Assembly: GCA_039586365.1 (NCBI GenBank)
Contig: JBDHKN010000021.1
Coordinates: 1 to 50,198, forward strand
Direction: 5' to 3'
Length of the DNA: 50,198 bases
Origin: Gemmatimonadota bacterium
GTDB lineage: Bacteria > Gemmatimonadota > Gemmatimonadetes > Gemmatimonadales > GWC2-71-9
In this document: positions 26,893-35,558 of the stretch, piece after piece
Layout of the letters: every line of letters begins with the position of its first letter
Numbering within the stretch: position 1 is the stretch's first letter
Notes under the pieces: generated by a model
Told to the model about the DNA's origin: nothing
Databases searched by the model: none
Seen by the model: the letters and a program-made list of their open reading frames with translations, nothing else
Made by a program: the position numbers and the translations under genes

Positions 26893-28017
26893 TCAGCGGA
26901 GCGCATCTACCACTCGCAGGCGGGCTGCCTGTAGTGCCGGCAAACCTCCGCCCACGAGGCCGACTCCAAGGGCTAGCACCAGTGACTGCCACACCTGCGG
27001 CACACCAAGTCCCACGTGGCTCGAAGGCAGCAGGGGCAGGTCGATCGGTACCAGCGACAGGATCAGACCGAGCAGCAGTCCAATCACTCCGCCTGCCAGG
27101 CACAGTAATACAGACTCGAAGAGGAAGGACATGAGTACCGAGCTACTTCGGTACCCTAGGGCACGTAGCACACCGATTTCGCGCCGACGGCTCGAAACGG
27201 CTGCGTACATCGTGTTCATTCCGGCGAAGCCCGCACCTATAGCAATCACAAGCGAGATGAAGGTACCGAGAAACGCCATGAAGATCTCCATCCCTCCCGT
27301 ACGGGAGTAAAACTCTGTGGCGCCCAAAGCGGTGAGGGGGAAACGACGCCCTTCGTTCACCGCTTCCACCAGCGGTGCAACAGCTGCAGAGTCGGCGACC
27401 ACGACGGTGTAGCTGGAGTAGGTGAGCCGGTTCGCCGCGGCAGACAGTTCGTCGAGGTCGACCCATATCTCTTGATCGTACACCCGTCCTCCTCCATCGA
27501 GGAGTCCGACAATGACCCACCTCTCACCTTCGAACTCGACGCTCTCGCCCACATCGAGACCGAGCCTACCCGCGACCGCTCGACCCACCGCCGCCCGATG
27601 TCCAGCCCCGGGCCAGCTCCCGGCAGCCAGGTGTACCTGCCCGTACACCTGCCGAGCTATATCGGTAACTCCCCGTACCGACACGTCCCGCTCGTGGTGG
27701 TCAGACCTGAGAATGCAGCCGAGCCAAAGCTCCGGTGACACCAGAGGTTGGCCCCCTGTGTTGGCCACGCCCTGGAGAGTCTGGATGTAGGAATGCGATC
27801 CCCGTTCAATATTGGAGAACTCGAGAGTGAGCGCTCCCGTCTGGGCAACGACCACTTCGCTCGGGGTGCCGGTTGACCGAAAGCTCTCAACCATGGTGGC
27901 GGCGACCGAACTCATCACCGCATAGATCGTGACCGCCAGCGCCACGCCCACCACGGTCATGATGGTACGTGACTTGCGTTCTCCAAGACTCCGGAAAATG
28001 TACTTGAGTGGCACCAT
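26893..28017 (-). CDS. ABC transporter permease (MacB/FtsX family)
   Basis: RRREIGVLRALGY, FLFES and LPALQAARL; periplasmic domain after TM1. Confidence 0.88.
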   Translation of the reverse strand: MVPLKYIFRSLGERKSRTIMTVVGVALAVTIYAVMSSVAATMVESFRSTGTPSEVVVAQTGALTLEFSNIERGSHSYIQTLQGVANTGGQPLVSPELWLGCILRSDHHERDVSVRGVTDIARQVYGQVHLAAGSWPGAGHRAAVGRAVAGRLGLDVGESVEFEGERWVIVGLLDGGGRVYDQEIWVDLDELSAAANRLTYSSYTVVVADSAAVAPLVEAVNEGRRFPLTALGATEFYSRTGGMEIFMAFLGTFISLVIAIGAGFAGMNTMYAAVSSRRREIGVLRALGYRSSSVLMSFLFESVLLCLAGGVIGLLLGLILSLVPIDLPLLPSSHVGLGVPQVWQSLVLALGVGLVGGGLPALQAARLRVVDALR

Positions 28018-28030
28018 CGTGTTTCCCTGC

Positions 28031-29161
28031 CTACTCTATGCCTCTCAGAGCCTCGATGGTTCTGACCTTCGCTGCTGTTCGCGCCGGCACCAGACCACCC
28101 AGGATACCAACGAGTAGCGCCGCAGCCACTGCCGTCAAGACAGTGGAGGTCGACAACATCAGACCGGCCATGCTGCCCCTTTCGTTCCCCACCACCACGG
28201 CGGCAGCACCGACGCCGAGCAGACCGCCCATCAGCGACAGTGTTACTGACTCCGCCAGGACCAAGGACAGCACTAAACCCGGTTTGAATCCGATTGCCTT
28301 CAGCATTCCGATTTCTCTGGTCCGTTCGCGCACGCTCATTGCTATGGCGTTGGCGGCGGCGAGTAGCGTGATCAGCACCGTTATGGCACCCATTACTCTG
28401 AGATAGTCAATGAACCCCATGAAGTCGTCGATCACCGCCTCGGCGAAAGCACCGGAGGATGTGGTTTCAGTTCGCACTGGCGCGAGTTCCATCAGCTCAT
28501 CTATCGCAGCAGCAAGGTCGGTCGCGCGATACCCTTGCTCAGGGGCAGCGAGTACGTAACTCACCTGCCCCTCCGCCGCCCGCGCCACCTGCAGATAGCC
28601 ACGTCGCACCAGCATGTGGCTCTCGAGATCGACACCTTGCTCCGGAATTTCTCCCACGATCCTGACGCGCAGGCGAAGTTCCTCTATCTCGATTTCGTCG
28701 CCCACCCGCCAACCGAGGCGCTTGAGCAGTCTGAAACCCACAAGCGCCACATTCTGGTCCGCCTCGAACGCATGCCAAGCAACTGGATCCAGCACAATAT
28801 CATGGACTTGCCGGTACCGGTCCGGATCCACCCCACGCACGAAGATGTGCGCCATGTCTGTTCCAACCACCGCCAGATCCGAGAGCACACCTGTAGCCGC
28901 CTTGACGCCAGTGACTTGCGCCACACGGTCTTCATACGAGGCCGGGAGTCGACTGGCCAGCACATTTGCCCGGGCCGCCTCCCGCACTGTAAGCAGCTCC
29001 TGGGAACCCACTTCCCGCACTGGGAACGTCATGCCCTCTACGGCTGCACCCAGAGCAGCAACTACGAAGACCGCCACTCCGACACCTAGCACGGTCAGAA
29101 CAGAGCGTCGCCGATTGCGCCACACATTGCACCATAAGAACGGCAACAAGCGGCCCATCAC
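28031..29161 (-). CDS. ABC transporter permease (MacB/FtsX family)
   Basis: NRRRSVLT, RERTREIGMLKAIGF, LAES and VPARTAA. Confidence 0.88.
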   Translation of the reverse strand: MMGRLLPFLWCNVWRNRRRSVLTVLGVGVAVFVVAALGAAVEGMTFPVREVGSQELLTVREAARANVLASRLPASYEDRVAQVTGVKAATGVLSDLAVVGTDMAHIFVRGVDPDRYRQVHDIVLDPVAWHAFEADQNVALVGFRLLKRLGWRVGDEIEIEELRLRVRIVGEIPEQGVDLESHMLVRRGYLQVARAAEGQVSYVLAAPEQGYRATDLAAAIDELMELAPVRTETTSSGAFAEAVIDDFMGFIDYLRVMGAITVLITLLAAANAIAMSVRERTREIGMLKAIGFKPGLVLSLVLAESVTLSLMGGLLGVGAAAVVVGNERGSMAGLMLSTSTVLTAVAAALLVGILGGLVPARTAAKVRTIEALRGIE

Positions 29162-29877
29162 GGGAAGATCTCCTTCACACTCAATTCCCTGGGATTGCGA
29201 TCCAGCAAGCGTCCTTTGTGCAGATACATTATTCGGTTGGCACGCTCGGCCGTCTCGGGATCGTGAGTCACCATAATGACAGTCTTATGGTGTTCCGCCG
29301 ACAACGCGGCCAGAATATCTACAACCTGGCCACTCGACTCCTCATCGAGATCCCCAGTCGGCTCGTCCGCTATGATAATCTGCGGATCTGTTACCAGGGC
29401 GCGCGCGATTGCCACTCGTTGTTCCTCTCCCCCCGAGAGCTCAGAGGGTAGGTGGTCAGCTCGATCCGCGATACCCACCATTCCGAGGGCAGTTGTGACC
29501 TGACTTCGCCGCCGCGCTTTCGAGACTGCCAAGAGCCGCAACGGAAGCTCGATGTTGTCGCGGGCAGTTAGTACCGGCACGAGGTTGTAGACCTGGAAGA
29601 CGAATCCGACGTTGGCGGCTCTAAAGTCACAGAGCTCTTTCTCCCCCATGGCGCTCACTTCAACTTCCCCAACCCGACAGATCCCAGCGTCGGGTTTATC
29701 GAGACCACCAATGATGTGCAGCAATGTCGACTTACCGGATCCACTCGGACCCATCAATGCCAGGAACTCGCCCTGCTCTACATCTAGATCGAGTCCGTTC
29801 AGCGGGCGGATCTCCGCCTCCCCTTTGTGGTAGGTCTTTACGAGGCCTCGGGCCTCGACAATCGGCCGTTCACTCAC
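29158..29877 (-). CDS. ABC transporter ATP-binding protein (LolD/MacB-type)
   Basis: [32 protein letters not shown] and VTHD. Confidence 0.93.
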   Translation of the reverse strand: MSERPIVEARGLVKTYHKGEAEIRPLNGLDLDVEQGEFLALMGPSGSGKSTLLHIIGGLDKPDAGICRVGEVEVSAMGEKELCDFRAANVGFVFQVYNLVPVLTARDNIELPLRLLAVSKARRRSQVTTALGMVGIADRADHLPSELSGGEEQRVAIARALVTDPQIIIADEPTGDLDEESSGQVVDILAALSAEHHKTVIMVTHDPETAERANRIMYLHKGRLLDRNPRELSVKEIFP

Positions 29878-30839
29878 AGCGAATCTCCCGTCGGTTGGAT
29901 CGTGACTCTGGCGCTCATATCCGGACGAAGTATCGGTGGAGGATCAATGATCCGCACGGCGACTTCCACTGTGTTCGATTGTCGGTCCGCCACGGGGGCG
30001 ATCTCGACGACCACCGCCTGCAGCCGCTCATCACCTATTGCATCAATCACCACTTCTGCGTGGGCTCCCAATACCACGCTGCCGATGCGATCTTCGGGAA
30101 CGTCGACTCTCACCCAGATTTCCGACAGATCGGCTATCTCGATCCCTCCAGCCCCACTCTGGACACCGAACAGACTCACGACCTCACCAGGCTCCAAGTC
30201 CACCCTCACGATCACCCCGTCAAACGGGGCACGGAGATAGGAAAGATCGAGGCGTGCCCGGGCCAACTCCTCACGCGCCTGGAGAGCCTCGACTCGTGCC
30301 ATGAGACCCTGTACCCGATAGCGCCCCCGCTCCACCTCGTCTTCTGTGACCGCTTCGCTGAGCGCCAACTCCTCTAATCGCTCCAGAATGCGCCTCGCAT
30401 CCGCCAACTCCGCTTGTGTCGCCCTCACGTCGGCCCTTGCCGCTGCGGCTTCCGCTGCAGCAATGTCGGTGTCCAATTCGAGTAGCAGGCTACCTCTCCT
30501 CACCCGCTGCCCCAGGGTTACACTCACCTGCGAGACGACTCCGTCGCGTCCCGGGTACAGCATGGCCCGTCGCCTTGCCTCGACATATCCGCCCGCAGCA
30601 AGTGCCCGTGTCATCGACTCCCCACCTGCGGGAACCGGACGGTTTGTCACTACAGGCAGGGAGTCGCGAGAGCTGACAGCAGCTGGATCAGCTGCTCGCC
30701 TGCCAAGAATCGCCAACAACACCGCAAGCACCAAGACGAGCGCAATGATACGCACACCCCACACAGTCCATCGCCGGGTCGGATTGGTCCGTTTCTCATG
30801 GGGTTCCAGACGCAGACGCGAGATATCATCCTTGTGCAT
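29874..30839 (-). CDS. Efflux periplasmic adaptor (membrane fusion protein)
   Basis: Single TM segment, lipoyl-like halves, RAPFDG and LRPDMSARV. Start ATG 30839 (MHKDDI) overlaps the end of padR. Confidence 0.87.
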   Translation of the reverse strand: MHKDDISRLRLEPHEKRTNPTRRWTVWGVRIIALVLVLAVLLAILGRRAADPAAVSSRDSLPVVTNRPVPAGGESMTRALAAGGYVEARRRAMLYPGRDGVVSQVSVTLGQRVRRGSLLLELDTDIAAAEAAAARADVRATQAELADARRILERLEELALSEAVTEDEVERGRYRVQGLMARVEALQAREELARARLDLSYLRAPFDGVIVRVDLEPGEVVSLFGVQSGAGGIEIADLSEIWVRVDVPEDRIGSVVLGAHAEVVIDAIGDERLQAVVVEIAPVADRQSNTVEVAVRIIDPPPILRPDMSARVTIQPTGDSL

Positions 30840-31242
30840 TGTGTCCTCGACCGAGGCTACCTTCGAGAGCCACGATGTGGGTGTCGACGATCTTCTGAGC
30901 GGCATAGAGTTCCGTCAATATCTCGCACTGCATTCTGGGAAGACTAGCACGCCCAAGCGGTGTCAGCCGATAGACTCGCTTCGGTGCACCGCGGCTCCGA
31001 TGCCACTTCCCTTTGACGAGTCCATCGCGTTCCAGCCGCCGTAGCAGGGGGTAGACCGATCCCGGACTGGGCTTCCAGGTACCTTCACTCATCTCTTCTA
31101 TCGAGCGCATCAAGTCGATGCCATGGAACGGTCGGTTGCGCAGCAGAGTCAGCAGGAACAGCGGCAGCATGCCGCGCACCAATCCGTGAAACATCGGCGA
31201 CCGGGCATCGAATCGGGCGGGGGGCTCGGGAATATCGGGCAA
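30826..31242 (-). CDS. PadR family transcriptional regulator
   Basis: HGIDLM, WKPSPGSVYPLLRRLE and KRVYRLTPLG. Confidence 0.9.
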   Translation of the reverse strand: MPDIPEPPARFDARSPMFHGLVRGMLPLFLLTLLRNRPFHGIDLMRSIEEMSEGTWKPSPGSVYPLLRRLERDGLVKGKWHRSRGAPKRVYRLTPLGRASLPRMQCEILTELYAAQKIVDTHIVALEGSLGRGHNAQG

Positions 31243-31284
31243 AGGTCCCTCAAACTACCTGCGCTGTGACATTAAGTCGTATCC

Positions 31285-31310
31285 GATTATTGTCGGTATC
31301 GAGCATAATC
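31285..31310. promoter_or_regulatory. Candidate PadR operator palindrome
   Basis: GATTATTGTCGGTATCGAGCATAATC: 10 of 13 symmetric pairs are complementary; AT-rich; 43 nt upstream of padR. Confidence 0.5.
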
Positions 31311-31455
31311 TGCGGGGTATCGTGTCGTCAAGCAGCTGTGTGGAGGTGGAGGACGGGAACGCATCGGAGCGTCTCCGGATACATCATCATGAAGTCGGAG
31401 CATCGGCCCCACCACCCTCAAGCATTCCCTTACATCCGTCGCGGTTTGCACATTC

Positions 31456-32904
31456 TCATAGCTTCCCCTCTCGGACTTCTCCGGTATATGGTCCCAGGAT
31501 CAGTTCTGCCCGCCTGTCTCGCCCCAACGTTTCATGGCGCTGGGGGAGCCCCAAAGCCAGCAACGCTCCCAACAATGCCCAACTGAGAACGATGGCCCAC
31601 TCGTAGGGCCAGACGAGGGCTGAGGGACTGCCCGGCAAATACAGCATCAAGAAGAAGACCGTGGTCACTAGAGCGAGTACTCCCACCGTGGTGGGCGCGG
31701 GTGTGCGATACGGCCGATGAAGTTTAGGGTAGCGACGGCGGACTGTCAGGAATGAAATGGTAACAAGCAAGTATGCTGAAACGGCGGCCAGTCCTCCGGC
31801 ATCGACCAGCCACACCAAGGCTTGGCGGCCAAAGAAGGGCGCCATTACTATGATTGCAGTGAGGAGTACGATGGCGGCGACAGGCGTCTCGTAGCGTGAG
31901 TGCAAACGTGAGAACACGGAGGGGAGCATACCCCCTCTCGACATAGCAAACAGGAGGCGCGATGCCCCGACAAAGAAAGCGTTCCAACTGGTCAGGATGC
32001 CAAGTAACCCACCGAACACGAGCACTCTTCCAGCCCAGCGGCTCCCGTACACGGCGCTCATGGCATCAGCCGTGGGTAGTCCGCTCTCTATACGGGCTAC
32101 CGGATCCAATGTGAGGCCCACGTTCAACTGCACGAGGACATACCACGCCAGTGCGATGCCTATCGAAATCAGTATCAACCTTCCCACCACCCGAGAAGGA
32201 ACGGCGATCTCCTCCGCCATTTGGGGAATGATATCGAACCCCAAGAACAGAAACGGCGTCATGATCACTACCCCGAAAAACCCTGCTATGACCGTGAAGT
32301 GAGGGATCAGGTCAGCGACGTTTCCTGTGATGGTCGCAGGTATGAAGAAGGACAGACCAATCACGAAGAGGAGCAGCGCGGCAGTCCACTGGATGAATGC
32401 TGCCAGCCGTATACCCAGATAGTTCACGACACCAATAGTCAATGCGCCGACGACTCCCACCACCACCCAAGAAACGTGTACTTCCCAGCCCGCGATCGAG
32501 TAGAGGAAGCCGAACTCGAAACCGGGTGCCAGGTATCCGACAACCGTCGGAAGGGCGACTGCCTCAAATGAGCAAACCGACAGGTACGCCAGCACCAAAG
32601 TCCAACCGCAGATGAAGGAGGCTCGAGGTCCGATGCCGACAAATGTGAACGTGATTTCACCACCGGCTCGGGAAAGCGCAGCCGTCAATTCCGCATAGGT
32701 CAGGCCCACAAACAGCACCATCACCGCCCCAACCACGAATGCCAGAGCCGAACCAATACTGCCGGCCCGATCTATCATCTCCCCTGCCAGCACAACCCAG
32801 CCCCACCCAACCATCGCACCGAACGCAAGTGCGAGTACGTCACGTCTCCCCAGGATCTTGCGGAGTTGTACCGGAGCTTCGCTCACCAAGCTCGCTCCCG
32901 GCAC
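31456..32904 (-). CDS. APC family amino acid permease
   Basis: FGAMVGWGW, TYAEL, AGGE, FLGFDIIPQMAEE and SRLLFAMSR; about 12 TM segments. Confidence 0.9.
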   Translation of the reverse strand: MPGASLVSEAPVQLRKILGRRDVLALAFGAMVGWGWVVLAGEMIDRAGSIGSALAFVVGAVMVLFVGLTYAELTAALSRAGGEITFTFVGIGPRASFICGWTLVLAYLSVCSFEAVALPTVVGYLAPGFEFGFLYSIAGWEVHVSWVVVGVVGALTIGVVNYLGIRLAAFIQWTAALLLFVIGLSFFIPATITGNVADLIPHFTVIAGFFGVVIMTPFLFLGFDIIPQMAEEIAVPSRVVGRLILISIGIALAWYVLVQLNVGLTLDPVARIESGLPTADAMSAVYGSRWAGRVLVFGGLLGILTSWNAFFVGASRLLFAMSRGGMLPSVFSRLHSRYETPVAAIVLLTAIIVMAPFFGRQALVWLVDAGGLAAVSAYLLVTISFLTVRRRYPKLHRPYRTPAPTTVGVLALVTTVFFLMLYLPGSPSALVWPYEWAIVLSWALLGALLALGLPQRHETLGRDRRAELILGPYTGEVREGKL

Positions 32905-32970
32905 ACCAAGGCGTTCACAGCCTTACCGTTGAACAGTGGCGGGGCGAGACGCCCACACCGTCCGAGAAAC

Positions 32971-34299
32971 CTACACATCTCTCACCACACGTTTACAGGC
33001 CCTTGCGAGCCGTGCGAGCGCAACCGTGACCTCATCCTCTGTGATCAGCATCGACGGTGCTATCCGGATCACATTGCCGTGCATACCAGCTATGCCGATC
33101 AGTAGCCGTTCCTCCTTCGCTGCTTCGAGTAGAGCGAGCGCCTTCTTACGGCTGGGTTCCCTCGTAACGCGATCCTCCACTAGCTCCATAGCCAGCATGA
33201 GACCCATCCCTCTCACCTCACCGATCCATTCGTGCACATCATACAGTGCATCGAGACCAGCCCTGAACTGTCTGCCACGATCTTCGCAACGCTGCCGCAC
33301 GCCTTCCCGTACCATCACATCGAGCGTAGCAATAGTCGCCGCCATTGAAACAGGATTGCCTCCGAAGGTAGAGACCGTCTTGGCCTTCCAAGCATCGGCG
33401 ATCTCCGGCTTGGCGATTGTGGCACCAACCGGGAAACCATTAGCGATCCCTTTCGCCGTGAACATGATATCGGGTTCCACTCCCCAGTGTTCGATCCCGA
33501 ACCACTTACCACCGGTGCGACCGAAGCCTGCCTGCACCTCGTCACTGATGAACAACCCGCCGTAGCTCCTGATAATCTCGGCTACGTGCTGAAAGTAGCC
33601 GCGTGGAGGCACCACGTAGCCGCCCAATCCCAGAATCGACTCCGCGACGAATGCGGCCGGCCTACCATTGGTGGTAGTCACTATCACTTCCTCCACATCG
33701 CGTGCAAATACTTCCGCCGCTTCCTCGTCACTCGAGCCCATGTAATCTGAACGATAGAGGTATGGCGCTCGGGCATGTCTGATACCCGCTATGTGACTCG
33801 CGAGCGGTCGCCATGTTGCGTGCCCCGTGATCCCCGTAGCAAGGAAGCTGCGCCCGTGATACGAGTGACGCAGACCAATCACCTCACTGCGGCCAGTGTA
33901 CTGACATGCGGCCATGATCGCCGTTTCGAGGGCCTCCGTACCACTATTAGTGAAAAAGCACTTCTTGAGGGAGCCGGGAGCAATCGCTGCAAGACGGCGT
34001 GCGGCTTCGACTTGATTCTCAGTGAGATATAAGGTCGATGTGTGTCCCAGCATGCTGATCTGGTTCTTAACCCGTTCCACCACCTCAGGATGACAATGAC
34101 CGATCGATGTCGAGAGAATCCCGCTAAAGCAGTCGAGGAACTCACGACCCTCAGAATCCACGGCCCCGGCTCCAGTCCCAGTCACGAGTACGATGGGATC
34201 CTGGTACAGGGGAGCACAACAAGGGAAGATGAACTCCTCATGACCGAACTTCACCGCCTCGGTGAGGCGCGAAATGCGCTCCGTGATGTGATCGTTCAC
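32971..34299 (-). CDS. Class III PLP aminotransferase (AGXT2/beta-alanine-type)
   Basis: GHCHP, FTNSGTEA, YHGR, SDEVQAGFGRTG, AKGIANGFP (PLP Lys), STFGGNP and VRGMGLM. Confidence 0.92.
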   Translation of the reverse strand: MNDHITERISRLTEAVKFGHEEFIFPCCAPLYQDPIVLVTGTGAGAVDSEGREFLDCFSGILSTSIGHCHPEVVERVKNQISMLGHTSTLYLTENQVEAARRLAAIAPGSLKKCFFTNSGTEALETAIMAACQYTGRSEVIGLRHSYHGRSFLATGITGHATWRPLASHIAGIRHARAPYLYRSDYMGSSDEEAAEVFARDVEEVIVTTTNGRPAAFVAESILGLGGYVVPPRGYFQHVAEIIRSYGGLFISDEVQAGFGRTGGKWFGIEHWGVEPDIMFTAKGIANGFPVGATIAKPEIADAWKAKTVSTFGGNPVSMAATIATLDVMVREGVRQRCEDRGRQFRAGLDALYDVHEWIGEVRGMGLMLAMELVEDRVTREPSRKKALALLEAAKEERLLIGIAGMHGNVIRIAPSMLITEDEVTVALARLARACKRVVRDV

Positions 34300-34449
34300 T
34301 TTGCTCTCCGAATCTTAACTGAACAGTCTGCCAACCTGACGGCCACCTGAGCATCGCGGAGAAACTATGGTTTGGGTGGTGGGGTGGTAAGGGGACGGTG
34401 AGGGTCAGCGAAGGTGGCGCTGAGTACCTAGTGCGGATATTCTATCATA

Positions 34450-35457
34450 TTGAGCTCGACGCCCCTGGTCTCCATACTGCTGCCCTGTCGCAACGCCACG
34501 TCCACTGTTGACGAGGCGCTAGCATCTCTCGCAGCCCAGACATTCAACAACTTCGAGGTACTCGCCGTTGACGACGGATCAGTTGACGGCACTCTGACTT
34601 TACTTGACGAGTGGACACGCCGTGATGCACGGATCCGTACATTCCAGTCTCCACAGCACGGCATAGTCTCAGCTCTCAACGAGGCTGCATCACACTCGAG
34701 AGGTGAGCTACTGGCTCGCATGGATGCTGACGACATCGCCAGTCCGACACGACTCGAGTGCCAGGTTGAATTCCTCGACACGCACCGCGACATCGTGGCA
34801 TGCGGAACCGGCATCAGCTATTTCCCGCGACGGTTGATCCGGGATGGCGCGCGCAAGTATGAGAGCTGGATCAACGGCGTTATCAGTCCCGCTGCGATCG
34901 AACGCGATCTCTTCGTAGAGTGTCCTATCCCGCACCCTACTCTGGTGGTGCGCGCAACCGCTTTCCAGCAACTCGGTGGATATCTAGAAGTTGGTTGGCC
35001 TGAGGACTATGACCTGATCCTGCGGCTGTGGGAAGCCGGATATCGTTTTGGCAAGGTCCCTGAAGTTCTGTTGCGGTGGAGAGAGCGGCCCGATCGGCTC
35101 TCGCGCACGGACCAGAGATACGCAGACGATGCGTTCCGACGGTGCAAGGTTCACTTCATACGGCATCGTATAGCCGGCCGCCCGGTCGTCATCTGTGGTG
35201 CCGGGCCGGTAGGCAAAGCCTTCGCCAGGGCACTGCTGGCCAACGAACATCGCGTCGCAGCGTTCATTGAACTGGACCCGCGGAAGATGGGTCAGACGAT
35301 CCACGGCGCGTCCGTCGTTCCTTGGTCTGACATCAGGCGTTACCGTGAGGCATACGCCCTTGCTGCAGTTGGCTCATCAGAAGCCCGCTGGGAAATCCGT
35401 GAACACCTAATAGCTGCGGGATTCCGCGAGCCGGAGGATTGCTGCGCCGTGGCGTGA
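34450..35457 (+). CDS. Glycosyltransferase family 2 with a C-terminal Rossmann-like domain
   Basis: VSILLP, DDGSVD, RMDADD, HPT and PEDY; C-terminal CGAGPVGK and FIELDPRK. Confidence 0.88.
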   Translation: MSSTPLVSILLPCRNATSTVDEALASLAAQTFNNFEVLAVDDGSVDGTLTLLDEWTRRDARIRTFQSPQHGIVSALNEAASHSRGELLARMDADDIASPTRLECQVEFLDTHRDIVACGTGISYFPRRLIRDGARKYESWINGVISPAAIERDLFVECPIPHPTLVVRATAFQQLGGYLEVGWPEDYDLILRLWEAGYRFGKVPEVLLRWRERPDRLSRTDQRYADDAFRRCKVHFIRHRIAGRPVVICGAGPVGKAFARALLANEHRVAAFIELDPRKMGQTIHGASVVPWSDIRRYREAYALAAVGSSEARWEIREHLIAAGFREPEDCCAVA

Positions 35458-35558
35458 GTCGACAGCGATCGCTTCCTGCACGCCCGTTCTCTTCCCTCTG
35501 CTCCCATTGGTCTCAAAGTTGCACCCGCCGACAACCGAAAATGGATCGCTGGTGACCC

